Assembly (NCBI GenBank): GCA_903936565.1
Contig: CAIZVZ010000009.1
Span: 44,840 to 108,839, forward strand
From: an uncultured bacterium
GTDB lineage: Bacteria; Patescibacteriota; Minisyncoccia; Phycocordibacterales; CAIZLB01
Length of the DNA stretch: 64,000 bases
Direction of reading: 5' to 3'
Shown: piece after piece, positions 1-9,846 of the stretch
How positions within the stretch are numbered: position 1 is the stretch's first letter
Layout: every line of letters begins with the position of its first letter
The notes under the pieces: generated by a model
What the model saw: the letters and a program-made list of their open reading frames with translations, nothing else
What the model was told of the DNA's origin: nothing
Database searches by the model: none
Translations under genes and position numbers: made by a program

Positions 1-195
1 CCATCGGTGTCCCACGAGCTCCTCAGGCTTCCAGTGATTCAACTCACTCAACCGACTGATGGATAGCGGGTCAGTGAACTTATTACACCGCCGATGGGCC
101 AAGATACGACCAAAAGACAGCATTTGCACCATCGTCACTGCAACTAGAATCGCTGAGGTGATCACAACAAAACAAACAAACAGGGTGGAATTCAT
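1..195 (-). CDS. Partial hypothetical membrane-anchored protein (runs off left edge)
   Basis: Manual translation from ATG at 195: MNSTLFVCFVVITSAILVAVTMVQMLSFGRILAHRR..., open to position 1; N-terminal hydrophobic segment. Confidence 0.5.
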   Translation of the reverse strand, partial: MNSTLFVCFVVITSAILVAVTMVQMLSFGRILAHRRCNKFTDPLSISRLSELNHWKPEELVGHRW

Positions 196-425
196 GATGA
201 ATTGAGTTAGACCTATGTTAGACCCCTAATCCAAATCTGGCACCTGCCAGTAAGATAAAAGGTCCTCCGTCAGTAAATATACACCAGCAAGAGGTTTTGT
301 AAACTGACCCCCTATCCAACAATTCAAGTGATCACACAATCCTAGAACTGCTTTGGATCTAATTGTAACCACCATTGATTATTGCTATAATTTAGTAGTT
401 ATTATTTAAATTAAAAATAAAAATT

Positions 426-722
426 ATGAGTGGATCACCCGAAGACCCAATAGCAGTGGCAGCCCCGGAAGCAGTATTTGACAAACAAGTATTACTTACA
501 ACAATGGATGAGGCTGTAATCGCAATGTGCGCGAAATATGGTACTAATATTCCACCCGAAATTAGACAGCTTAGTGAGGAAATCCTAGATACGATGGAGG
601 AGGCAGCTGAAAGTTCCCAAATTAACACAAGAGGCGAATTAATAGCCGCTCTAGAATACTGCACGAGACCAGGTGGAACCTTGTCTCGAAAAGCCTACGA
701 TTTCATAATTGAACATATCTAA
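426..722 (+). CDS. Hypothetical protein
   Basis: 98-aa ORF followed by a palindromic terminator. Confidence 0.6.
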   Translation: MSGSPEDPIAVAAPEAVFDKQVLLTTMDEAVIAMCAKYGTNIPPEIRQLSEEILDTMEEAAESSQINTRGELIAALEYCTRPGGTLSRKAYDFIIEHI

Positions 723-743
723 TTAATTTACATATATCAACTA

Positions 744-777
744 AAACAAAAGCCATCCTGCAGGATGGCTTTTGTTT
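744..777. terminator. Bidirectional intrinsic terminator
   Basis: Perfect palindrome AAACAAAAGCCATCCTG/CAGGATGGCTTTTGTTT between convergent genes. Confidence 0.8.
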
Positions 778-798
778 ATATTCACTTTGTAGCAAATA

Positions 799-954
799 TT
801 ATTTCTTTATCTCTGTAAACTCCACGTGCTTGCGAAGCTTTGGACTGTATTTCATAAGCTTAAGCTTACGCTCAACCTTCTTCTTGTTTTTACTTGTGTG
901 GTATACCTCACCAGTTTTCTTGTTTGCTACCTTAACTAATCTAGTTTGTGACAT
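799..954 (-). CDS. rpmG: 50S ribosomal protein L33 (cysteine-free, non-zinc type)
   Basis: Manual translation MSQTRLVKVANKKTGEVYHTSKNKKKVERKLKLMKYSPKLRKHVEFTEIKK; matches the L33 pattern YxTxKN..KL.L.KY.P..RKHV.F.E; below the ORF-track size cutoff. Confidence 0.93.
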   Translation of the reverse strand: MSQTRLVKVANKKTGEVYHTSKNKKKVERKLKLMKYSPKLRKHVEFTEIKK

Positions 955-1014
955 GTTTTTAATATATATATTGGCCCGACTTAATAATGTTGGGACGAAG
1001 CCCGTGTCTTGACC

Positions 1015-1100
1015 TGGTGCGCAGGGTAGGATTTGAACCTACGTAGCCCGGAGGCGTCTGATTTACAGTCAGATGCAATTGACCACTCTGCCACCTGCGC
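1015..1100 (-). tRNA. tRNA-Tyr(GTA)
   Basis: Cloverleaf GCGCAGG...CCTGCGC-A-CCA, anticodon loop CT-GTA-AA, long variable arm, GTTCAAATC T-loop. Confidence 0.95.
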
Positions 1101-1325
1101 GTAAAGATATCATATCAGATATCTCTATTTTTTCCAAATTTACAACCCAAGGATAGCCACAGGGTTGCAACTATTACAAATTATAGACCTGATAGTAACT
1201 TACGTTGACAGCACCCTATGTATATATTACCCTTACAATGCAATAGTTAGGAGAAAATAGACTACGAGATAATTAGACTTCGCGTAGCCAAAAACTCCCC
1301 TTCCAAACCACAACCGCCACCACAA

Positions 1326-1637
1326 ATGAATCATAGAAAGAGAAAACAACTAGACTTTCTGGGTAAAATTGCCGACGAGATTTACAGGAATAGCCTAACC
1401 CACAGAAATATACCTAGGCTAATTGCCTTCTTCAAAGGGCATTGTCGCAACGGTACAATTCGAGAATTGCTAGTAGAATTCATTGAACAGGAAAGAGTGA
1501 GGCTTACCACACCACACGATGTCCTTTTTCAAACAGCACTCGAGAAACATGACATCGAAACGGTTTTTGACAAAGCCAAGCGGAAATTCAAAGACAACCA
1601 CCCTACTCTTTGGGCAGAAACCGAAGCGCTGGAATAA
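1326..1637 (+). CDS. Hypothetical protein
   Basis: 103-aa ORF with C/A-rich leader and downstream hairpin ACACCCACC-N5-GGTGGGTGT. Confidence 0.6.
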   Translation: MNHRKRKQLDFLGKIADEIYRNSLTHRNIPRLIAFFKGHCRNGTIRELLVEFIEQERVRLTTPHDVLFQTALEKHDIETVFDKAKRKFKDNHPTLWAETEALE

Positions 1638-1747
1638 GCGCGACCATCGTGCAAACCCCAAACTAATCCACCCACCAATGCAGACACCCACCTGCTCGGT
1701 GGGTGTTCGCATATTTAATGACTGTGGCCATTAAAAATATTTTTTAA

Positions 1748-4453
1748 TTAACTTGTCACCTTTGATTCACTAACCATCATTCCAACTTTTCTACCTTTCA
1801 TCATTTTCTTCACATCAAAGGTAAACTCTGCATTATTGTCTGTATTCTTTGGATCAATTCCAACACTAATCGTTCCACCCTTAAGTACTCCCTGATCGAT
1901 AATCAATCCCGCCACGTTAGTTAGAATCTTTGATTGAATCAAACGCTTAAGTGGTCTTGCACCGTACTGAGGATTATATCCCTCCTTTGCAAGATATTCA
2001 TAAACACTCTCTGAGATAACAAGTTTGATTTCCTTTTCAAGAAGTCTATCAATAACTTTTTGAACTTCAATCTTAACAATATTTTTAATAGCCTCAGGCG
2101 AAAGAATATCAAAGATAACAATCTCATCAACTCTGTTTAGAAATTCTGGTCTAAAATTATCTTTAAGCGCACCCATCACACGTACCTTTGCATCTTCGTA
2201 ATTTGATTTATCAGATTGCTCAACTGCAAAACCGATTCTTTGCATATTATCAATATATTGCGCACCAATGTTTGATGTCATTATGATAATAGTATTTTTG
2301 AAGTTTACAATTCTTCCCTTTGAATCAGTCAGACGGCCATTATCAAGAACTTGAAGTAGGATATTAAATATCTCAGGATGAGCCTTTTCAATTTCATCAA
2401 ACAAGATTACAGAATATGGACGATGTCTTACAGTGTCCGTTAGTGTCGCACTCTCATCATGTCCAACATATCCTGGAGGCGCACCAATAATTTTGGAAAC
2501 TGAATGCTTCTCCATGTACTCAGACATATCAACACGGATAAGTGACTTATCATCGTCAAACATAAACTTAGCAAGTGCTTTTGTTAATTCTGTTTTTCCT
2601 ACACCGGTTGGACCAAGGAAAATGAAAGAACCGATAGGCTTTTGTGGATCATTAATGCCAGCACGTGATCTTTTAATAGTGTCAGAAACTTTCTTAACCG
2701 CATTGTCTTGTCCAACTACTTGATTCTTCAATTCATCTTCAATTCTTGCAACCTTCTTTGCTTCCTCTTCAAGCATTCTTGAAACTGGAATTCCAGTCCA
2801 ACGAGAAACAACTCCAGCGATATCATTCTCAGTGATTTCTTCCTTTAGAATTCTTCTAAATACCTGCAACTTCTTCAGACGCTTTGATTTACTCTCCAAA
2901 TCCTTATCAAGCGCTGGGATTTTGACATACCTAATATCCGCTGCTTTTGATAAATCGGCATAAGCCTCAGCTCTTTCTGCGTCTTGTCTAAGGGACTCTA
3001 ATTGCTTTTTGATTGCCTTAATATCAGCAAGAGTTTCTTTTTCATTAATCCATTTAGCCTCAGTCTCCTTTGTTCCCTCTTTTTGATTTGCAATATCAGC
3101 TTCGATTTCTTTTACACGAGCCTTTGCTGTCTTGTTAGTTTCAGCTTCTTTTAGAAGAGCCTGTCTCTCAATTTCCAAACGCATGATTTTTCTGTGAGCA
3201 ACTTCAAGTTCTGGTGGCTTATTTTCCAATGCAATCTTAAGCGCAGACGCCGCCTCATCAATCAAGTCAATTGCCTTATCCGGCAAAAATCTATCTGAGA
3301 TATATCTTGAAGAAAGTTTAACCGCTGAGATTATTGAATCGTCAGTGATATGGACTCCATGATACAGCTCATACTTTTCCTTAAGACCACGCAAGATTGC
3401 TATTGCATCTTCTTCTGTTGGTTCATTTATATAAATTGGCTGGAAACGTCTTTGTAGTGCTGGATCCTTTTCAATATGCTTTTGGTATTCTTTAAGTGTT
3501 GTCGCACCAATTGTGTGAAGTTCCCCACGTGAGAGCGCAGGCTTTAGCATATTTGATGCATCAAGGGAACCATCAGCTCCTCCAGCGCCGACAATTGTGT
3601 GGATTTCATCAATAAAAAGAATTATCTTTCCATCTGATTTCTCTATTTCTTTCAAAATGTTTTTTAGACGCTCTTCAAATTCTCCACGATACTTTGTACC
3701 AGCAACTAGAAGCCCCATATCTAGGGACACGAGTTCTTTGTCACGCAATGATTCTGGGACATCACCCATTGCAATTCTGTTGGCCAACCCTTCTGCAACA
3801 GCTGTCTTTCCAACTCCAGCTTCTCCGATAAGCATTGGGTTATTTTTTGTTCTACGTGATAGAATTTGAATTACTCTTGCAATCTCGGCATCTCTTCCGA
3901 TGACTGGATCTAATTTATTCTCTCTTGCAAGCGAAGTTAAGTTACGAGTGAATTTAATAATCGCCTTCATCTTCTTTGGACCCAAATCTGCATTTACCCC
4001 CTTTGTTGCCTTTAGAGACTCAAGCGCTTCAATGACCATCGGCTTTTCTAGTTTGAATTTGAACAATAATTCACGCGCAGATGATGCAACGTCAAATAGT
4101 GCAAGAAGCAAGTGCTCAACTGATACAAATTCATCCTTTAGTGACGCAGATACTCTGCCTGAGGCCTCTATGACCTGAGCAAGCTCTGGTGTTAGGTACA
4201 ACTGATACGATGTGGACATTGTATTAGCTGGTGCCCCGTCTACCTCAATTTCCTCCAAAAGGTTGTCTGCAAGGAGAATTGTGTCAACTTCCAACTTATC
4301 CAGGATTGCCAAAACGATGCCGTCTTCTTGAACGACAAGAGCTGTTAGGAGATGAAGCGGATTTACATGATTTTGACCACGTTCTATGGCTAATTCATGG
4401 GCTTTTTTGATCACTTCCTTGGCTTTGGTGGTAAATTTCGTTAATGGTGGCAT
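1748..4453 (-). CDS. clpB: ATP-dependent chaperone ClpB (Clp/Hsp100)
   Basis: Clp-N domain, two AAA+ modules ([16 protein letters not shown]), long coiled-coil middle domain, GARPLKR. Confidence 0.93.
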   Translation of the reverse strand: MPPLTKFTTKAKEVIKKAHELAIERGQNHVNPLHLLTALVVQEDGIVLAILDKLEVDTILLADNLLEEIEVDGAPANTMSTSYQLYLTPELAQVIEASGRVSASLKDEFVSVEHLLLALFDVASSARELLFKFKLEKPMVIEALESLKATKGVNADLGPKKMKAIIKFTRNLTSLARENKLDPVIGRDAEIARVIQILSRRTKNNPMLIGEAGVGKTAVAEGLANRIAMGDVPESLRDKELVSLDMGLLVAGTKYRGEFEERLKNILKEIEKSDGKIILFIDEIHTIVGAGGADGSLDASNMLKPALSRGELHTIGATTLKEYQKHIEKDPALQRRFQPIYINEPTEEDAIAILRGLKEKYELYHGVHITDDSIISAVKLSSRYISDRFLPDKAIDLIDEAASALKIALENKPPELEVAHRKIMRLEIERQALLKEAETNKTAKARVKEIEADIANQKEGTKETEAKWINEKETLADIKAIKKQLESLRQDAERAEAYADLSKAADIRYVKIPALDKDLESKSKRLKKLQVFRRILKEEITENDIAGVVSRWTGIPVSRMLEEEAKKVARIEDELKNQVVGQDNAVKKVSDTIKRSRAGINDPQKPIGSFIFLGPTGVGKTELTKALAKFMFDDDKSLIRVDMSEYMEKHSVSKIIGAPPGYVGHDESATLTDTVRHRPYSVILFDEIEKAHPEIFNILLQVLDNGRLTDSKGRIVNFKNTIIIMTSNIGAQYIDNMQRIGFAVEQSDKSNYEDAKVRVMGALKDNFRPEFLNRVDEIVIFDILSPEAIKNIVKIEVQKVIDRLLEKEIKLVISESVYEYLAKEGYNPQYGARPLKRLIQSKILTNVAGLIIDQGVLKGGTISVGIDPKNTDNNAEFTFDVKKMMKGRKVGMMVSESKVTS

Positions 4454-4665
4454 ATGGGGAGCATTATAGCACGGATTAGGGGAAAAGTCCCAAAAGAACA
4501 GGAAAACAACCCTACTTTGAGCACGAGGGAGATGCTTGATTGGAGGGGGTTGCTTTTTTGTGTAAATATGTCATTGTTTTAGGTAGATTCTCGGACGCAC
4601 ACCCGCTTTCTGATAATCAATTTTGAACCAATCGAACAAACTAAACACGGAGGAAATCATAAAGA

Positions 4666-5097
4666 ATGCAAACTGAATCAAAACGGAGGAGTCTACTGTC
4701 GTGGATTCTAAACATCACAGTAACGTTACCCCTGGTTGTCTTGACCACCTACGCCTGCTTGATAGGCTTCGGCAAAATACACGGGGTTCCACCCATTATC
4801 AAAAGCATAATAGTTGCAATCGTCATCGCCCACACCGTCGCTAATGGTGTGCTGGTTGTGAAGATGGCCGCCAAGGCTCGATATGTCCCCTTTACACCTG
4901 CGGAATGCTCAAAAATCAGCAGACTGGCAGTGGCAGTAATTCTGCTAGTAATCGGATCAATGATGTTGATTTACACCCCATCATCAGACTACGGCCTTAT
5001 AGCGATTACCCCTGGAGTTGGTGGGTGGGGCGTCCTGGCTACTGGCCTGTGGTACAGAAAGCCGACAAGACCCGATACCAACAACAAACAGTCCTAA
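4666..5097 (+). CDS. Hypothetical membrane protein (about 4 TM)
   Basis: Hydrophobic segments, GGAGG upstream, GC-rich hairpin downstream at ~5111-5145. Confidence 0.65.
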   Translation: MQTESKRRSLLSWILNITVTLPLVVLTTYACLIGFGKIHGVPPIIKSIIVAIVIAHTVANGVLVVKMAAKARYVPFTPAECSKISRLAVAVILLVIGSMMLIYTPSSDYGLIAITPGVGGWGVLATGLWYRKPTRPDTNNKQS

Positions 5098-5248
5098 CAA
5101 GGCTCACATCACGCCGCGCAGACCCCAGAGGGGCGAGCGCGGCGTTTGAACTTTCTACTTTTCTTACTTTAATTACTCGATTAGATTCGATTACTACCAA
5201 ATTTGACTAAATTGCATATAGAACACCGGGTAGTATAATATATACACC

Positions 5249-6388
5249 ATGAAAAATATAAACAAATTTATTACTTTATTAGCATTATCAATATTAATCT
5301 TCCCTGTTTTCGTTTTTGCTTCGGACTTTAAAGTCGGTGAACAACCATCTTTTACTGCCGGTGAAAAATCAGCAGAGAATCTTTACATGGCAGGTAGCTC
5401 TGTTGTAAGTGCGGGAAGCGCAGAAAAGGATCTTTTGATTGCAGGTGGTACCGCACTTGTTTCAGGTACGGTCGCGGGAGACGTATTTGTTGCCGGAGGT
5501 AGCGTAACAATTTTAAATCAAGTTTCCGGAGATGCGCGCATTGGTGGTGGAAACATTATAATAAGTGGCGATATCTCAGGTGACGCCCTTATCGGCGGAG
5601 GACAAATAATTCTATCTGGTAAAAAAATTGGTGGCGATGCAATTATTGCCGGAGGATCAGTTAGAATGGAATCGGAAGTTGGTGGAAAGGTGAAAATCGG
5701 TGGAGGTGAAGTTTATATCAACGCCCCAATCAAAGGAGACGCAGATATTAGAGCAAGAAAACTAACCCTTGGACCAAAAGCAGATATTTCAGGACATTTA
5801 AATTATAAAGCGGAATCACCAGCAACCCTAGAAGCAGGTGCCATTGTTCGTGGGGAAACAAATTACACTGAAATCAAAAGTCACACGGCAGAAAAGAAAA
5901 GTGTAGCTGCTGGATTGTTCACTTTAATGTTTATTGCTAAATTCCTTTCATTGCTAGTTACGGCTCTAATCATTGGACTTGTTTTCCGCAGGTACAGCAA
6001 AGAATTAGTTAGAACAGCAACTACAAACCCATTGAAAGAAATAGGACGCGGAATCATTACTTTAATCGTGCTTCCAATCGTTTCAATTATTCTTCTTTTC
6101 ACAATCATCGGACTTCCATTTGGAGTACTTGGAATACTTTCATTCATAATGCTCATAGTTTTTGCAACAATAATGACTCCGATTTTCTTGGGAGCACTAG
6201 TTCACAAATGGATTTCAAGAAAGTCAGAATATGTCATCAACTGGAAAACAATTCTTCTTGGAACAATAATCTACTGTATCCTTGGTTTAATACCATTCAT
6301 TGGTTGGATTATCGTATGTATATCAATAGTCACAACTGTAGGTGCAATTATTAATCTAGAGTGGACAATCTATAAGGAGTGGAAATAA
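5249..6388 (+). CDS. Membrane protein with bactofilin-like beta-helix repeats
   Basis: Signal peptide, repeated (V/I)xGDxxxxGG units, C-terminal multi-TM domain. Confidence 0.75.
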   Translation: MKNINKFITLLALSILIFPVFVFASDFKVGEQPSFTAGEKSAENLYMAGSSVVSAGSAEKDLLIAGGTALVSGTVAGDVFVAGGSVTILNQVSGDARIGGGNIIISGDISGDALIGGGQIILSGKKIGGDAIIAGGSVRMESEVGGKVKIGGGEVYINAPIKGDADIRARKLTLGPKADISGHLNYKAESPATLEAGAIVRGETNYTEIKSHTAEKKSVAAGLFTLMFIAKFLSLLVTALIIGLVFRRYSKELVRTATTNPLKEIGRGIITLIVLPIVSIILLFTIIGLPFGVLGILSFIMLIVFATIMTPIFLGALVHKWISRKSEYVINWKTILLGTIIYCILGLIPFIGWIIVCISIVTTVGAIINLEWTIYKEWK

Positions 6389-6398
6389 ATAAATTTAA

Positions 6399-7139
6399 TT
6401 AGATAAAATAGCTTTTTTGGATCAATAGCACTTCCTCTTCTATAAGTCCATACTCGGATTCAGGAAATACCCCTTCAATTACGATTGGGGTATTTTTTGT
6501 AAGTGATTGTGGCGGTATATTACCAGATCTCGCAAAGGGAAAATGTGTTGTCTTAATAGCCTCAATACTTTTAAAAAATTCGCTTGTTGGTGTTGAAAAA
6601 TGAATTCCTAAGATATTATTTTGTAAATGATCAAGCTCACTATCCAAACTATCCTTTTGAATTTCATCTATGTGATCAATATCCAAAATTATTGGATATG
6701 GTCCTAGTATAGAAATATCTTTTAAATGCTGGAATCCAAACTTTCTCATATCAGAATTCTCTAGCCCAAATTTAAATTGCGGAGAAATCTTCCCTACCTC
6801 CATTTCAGTCATTGAAAAATCGTCACAATGCCAAACTGCGTATTCAATATTCAATCTCTTCATAATTACAGAAATTTTCTCAAGAATTTCATTTAGATCT
6901 TTAGCGTAAGGAGAAATTGATGGAAGGTGAAAAGAGCACGATAAACCTTTTGTCTTTTCCTTATATAGATCGAGAAGTTTGTCATCAAACTTTAAAATAT
7001 CCTCCACGGAAAAATGTATCTCAACTCGACTTACGTATTTTTTAAGTATATCTATTATAGAAAGTTGCTCATTAATCCAATCCTTTTGTGGGACCCAGAA
7101 ATAAAGACACTCTGTACTTATTCCAATTAAATTATTCAT
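6399..7139 (-). CDS. Xylose isomerase / AP endonuclease 2-like TIM-barrel protein
   Basis: Spaced metal-ligand motifs VEIH, SFHLP, VWH, LEN, LDIDH, IHFS, THFP, VIEG. Confidence 0.65.
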   Translation of the reverse strand: MNNLIGISTECLYFWVPQKDWINEQLSIIDILKKYVSRVEIHFSVEDILKFDDKLLDLYKEKTKGLSCSFHLPSISPYAKDLNEILEKISVIMKRLNIEYAVWHCDDFSMTEMEVGKISPQFKFGLENSDMRKFGFQHLKDISILGPYPIILDIDHIDEIQKDSLDSELDHLQNNILGIHFSTPTSEFFKSIEAIKTTHFPFARSGNIPPQSLTKNTPIVIEGVFPESEYGLIEEEVLLIQKSYFI

Positions 7140-7211
7140 TTTTAAAGTATAACATAATTGTCACACTCGGCTTCCAGCGTTTTCTCAGCAAATCACACAA
7201 CTAAGTAACCT

Positions 7212-8024
7212 CTATTTGGTCAGCAAAACAACCCTACTTAATTCCTTCAAGCCCTTAATCAACATCTTCCTCCTTTTATCTTCGGCTGAAATCTCGGCCT
7301 TAATGTAAAAGATATATTTACCCAGTTCTTTCTTAGATGGTCTTGATTCAATTTTTAGTAAATTAATCTTTTCTTGCTTAAACACAGAAAGAATATCATG
7401 CAATATTCCGGGTCTATCAATCTTTGGATCTATAACAAAAAGCGTAAAAGGTAAAGATGCCACATTATCATTTTTAGAAATAACAACGAACAATGTCTGA
7501 TTATTTTTTACATCCTGAATATTTTCTTCAATAATAGGTAATTTATAAATACCTGCGGCGAACTTGGAGCCAATTGCTAGTGAGTCCTTTTTTCCATCTT
7601 CTTTAACTTTTTTGATTGCAAAAGAAGTGCTTGGTGTTTGAACCAGCTTAGCTTTTGGATATCTCTCTTTCAAGTATGCTCTACATTGCCCCAAAGCTTG
7701 TGGATGAGAATAGATATATTTAACTTTACTAGGCAATATCTTATTATCAATTCCAGCAATAACATGCTCGATATTTACAATTATTTCTTTATTTATTTTT
7801 AAATTATTATAATAAATACCATCTAGAGTTTCCAACACTGTCCCTTGAATTGAATTTTCGATAGGCAAAACAGCTTCTGTGATTTTATCCGAAGCTAAGG
7901 CATTTATAGTCTCATCAATACTATCAAATAGGATGCGACCCTCATTTTTATTGTACTCAAAAGAAGCCTGCTCAGAGTATGAGCCCTTTGGTCCAAGTGT
8001 CCCCATATATTTTTCTGAAATCAT
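7212..8024 (-). CDS. pheA: Prephenate dehydratase with ACT domain
   Basis: LGPKGSYSEQA, LPIENSIQG, SHPQALGQC, NQTLF, KIESRP motifs. Confidence 0.88.
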   Translation of the reverse strand: MISEKYMGTLGPKGSYSEQASFEYNKNEGRILFDSIDETINALASDKITEAVLPIENSIQGTVLETLDGIYYNNLKINKEIIVNIEHVIAGIDNKILPSKVKYIYSHPQALGQCRAYLKERYPKAKLVQTPSTSFAIKKVKEDGKKDSLAIGSKFAAGIYKLPIIEENIQDVKNNQTLFVVISKNDNVASLPFTLFVIDPKIDRPGILHDILSVFKQEKINLLKIESRPSKKELGKYIFYIKAEISAEDKRRKMLIKGLKELSRVVLLTK

Positions 8025-8038
8025 ATACTTATTATTTG

Positions 8039-9244
8039 TTAGATCACCCTCTCCACGGCCTCCACAATCAACTTCCCTGCTTTAATAATTTCTGATTTGG
8101 TTGTGTATTTTCCAAGAGTTATACGAAGTGAAGATTTTGAGCACTCGTCTCCTGCGATTTCTTTTACAACATATGAATATGAATCTTCTGTAAGAGTTCT
8201 GCAGCTTGTTACAGAGGAAACACAAACTCCCAAAACATCGAGTGTCAAAACAAGAAACTCAGCGTCGACTTCGGGAATACAAATATTCAAATTATTTGGA
8301 AGTCTCTCACCTTGTGCGGTTGAACCATTTACGGTAAATCTTTTTCCTATTTTTGATGATTTTAAATTCAAAAACAACATATCACGCAACACTTCAATCC
8401 TTTTGAACTCCTTTGCTTTTTCCCTTTCAACCTTCTCTAGTGCTAATGTAAAGCCTGCAACACCTGGCAGATTTTCTGTTCCAGCACGTCTTCCGCTTTC
8501 CTGACTTCCTCCGCTTGTGATTGACTTAAATGGAACAATTCTTTTCACAAACAAAGCACCAACCCCTCTTGGACCATAAATCTTTCCACCATCGAGTGTC
8601 ATTAAATCAACATGAAGGGACGGAATTCTCATTGAAAGATAGGAAACGGCCTGTGATGCATCCGTATGCAAAAAAGGCATATCAAATTCTGTTCTTCCTT
8701 GCTCCTTTTTATACTCTCTAAGTTTTTTTGCAATTGCCGGTAGCGGCATAATTGTTCCAATTTCATTATTAGCATACATTACGCTCACCAATATGGTGTT
8801 TGGTTTTAGCACCTCAGCAATTTTTGTAGGCTCTATAACTCCCTCTTCGTTTGGAGAAATTAAGGACAATTCAATCTCCCCTGTTTTTTCAAGTGAGAAT
8901 AGAAGTTCTCTGATTGATGGATGTTCAATTGTTGAACTAATTACATGAGGCATTTTTCCGCCAACCTCTTGTTTGTCAGATTCATATCCTAAAATCACGC
9001 CCTTGATAGCAAGTGCGTTTGACTCGGTTCCACCAGATGTGAAGATGATCTCATCACTATGTGCTTCAAGCACAACCGCTGTCCTCTTTCTACAAGATGC
9101 CAAAAACTCACCCGATTCTACTCCCTCTCTATAAATTGAAGATGGATTTGCAACGTATTTTTTCGAAACTCGAAAGACCTCCTTTGACACGATGGGGTCA
9201 ACAGGAGTAACAGAAGCGTAATCTAGGTAAATTCTTTTGGACAT
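8039..9244 (-). CDS. iscS: Cysteine desulfurase (IscS/NifS family); probable start MSKRIYLDY
   Basis: IYLDYAS, FTSGGTESN, HTDASQA, K-IYGPRGVG, RAGTEN, SVTSC catalytic Cys loop. Confidence 0.88.
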   Translation of the reverse strand: MSKRIYLDYASVTPVDPIVSKEVFRVSKKYVANPSSIYREGVESGEFLASCRKRTAVVLEAHSDEIIFTSGGTESNALAIKGVILGYESDKQEVGGKMPHVISSTIEHPSIRELLFSLEKTGEIELSLISPNEEGVIEPTKIAEVLKPNTILVSVMYANNEIGTIMPLPAIAKKLREYKKEQGRTEFDMPFLHTDASQAVSYLSMRIPSLHVDLMTLDGGKIYGPRGVGALFVKRIVPFKSITSGGSQESGRRAGTENLPGVAGFTLALEKVEREKAKEFKRIEVLRDMLFLNLKSSKIGKRFTVNGSTAQGERLPNNLNICIPEVDAEFLVLTLDVLGVCVSSVTSCRTLTEDSYSYVVKEIAGDECSKSSLRITLGKYTTKSEIIKAGKLIVEAVERVI

Positions 9245-9313
9245 ATTTTTTAATTTTGTCGAGTTAATAACTATACTATACAAAAAAACCAAGGTTCTGT
9301 ATACTTTATTAAT

Positions 9314-9802
9314 ATGTTTTACTTAAGTCCTGACATCCTATCTATTGGCCTGATTTCACTTTCCGCCGTAGTTTTAATATTATTAATACTCATTATTAGA
9401 TTGCAAGTCCGACTTAAAAGACTACTTAAAGGCAACGCAAAATCTCTTGAGGAAAGCATTGATCTTGTTATTAAACACGTAGAAGATTTAGAGGCTTTCA
9501 AAAAGGAATCTCAAGAATACCTAAAACTTGTGGAGAAACGCCTCCGAAACGGAATTCAAGGAGTTGACACACTCAGATTCAATCCATTCAAGGGAACGGG
9601 TGCAGGAGGAAACCAAAGCTTTTCAACCGCTTTCGTAAACGAACAAGGAGACGGAGTTGTATTTTCATCCCTATACTCCAGCGACAGAATGAGCGTTTTT
9701 GCAAAACCACTTCAAAAGTTCAAGTCATCATTTGAGCTAACAGAAGAAGAAGCAAAGTCAATAGCAATGGCACATGATAAGTTAATACTGCCGAAGGCAT
9801 AG
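9314..9802 (+). CDS. DUF4446-like membrane-anchored protein
   Basis: N-terminal TM, coiled coil, RFNPF..GGNQSFS..GDGVVFSSL..FAKP..LTEEE. Confidence 0.75.
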   Translation: MFYLSPDILSIGLISLSAVVLILLILIIRLQVRLKRLLKGNAKSLEESIDLVIKHVEDLEAFKKESQEYLKLVEKRLRNGIQGVDTLRFNPFKGTGAGGNQSFSTAFVNEQGDGVVFSSLYSSDRMSVFAKPLQKFKSSFELTEEEAKSIAMAHDKLILPKA

Positions 9803-9846
9803 AAAACATTGCCAAACCCCAAAAAATATTATATATTGGGGGTTAA

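Noticed and set aside
830-1012. 60-aa plus-strand ORF
   Set aside because: Antisense to rpmG.
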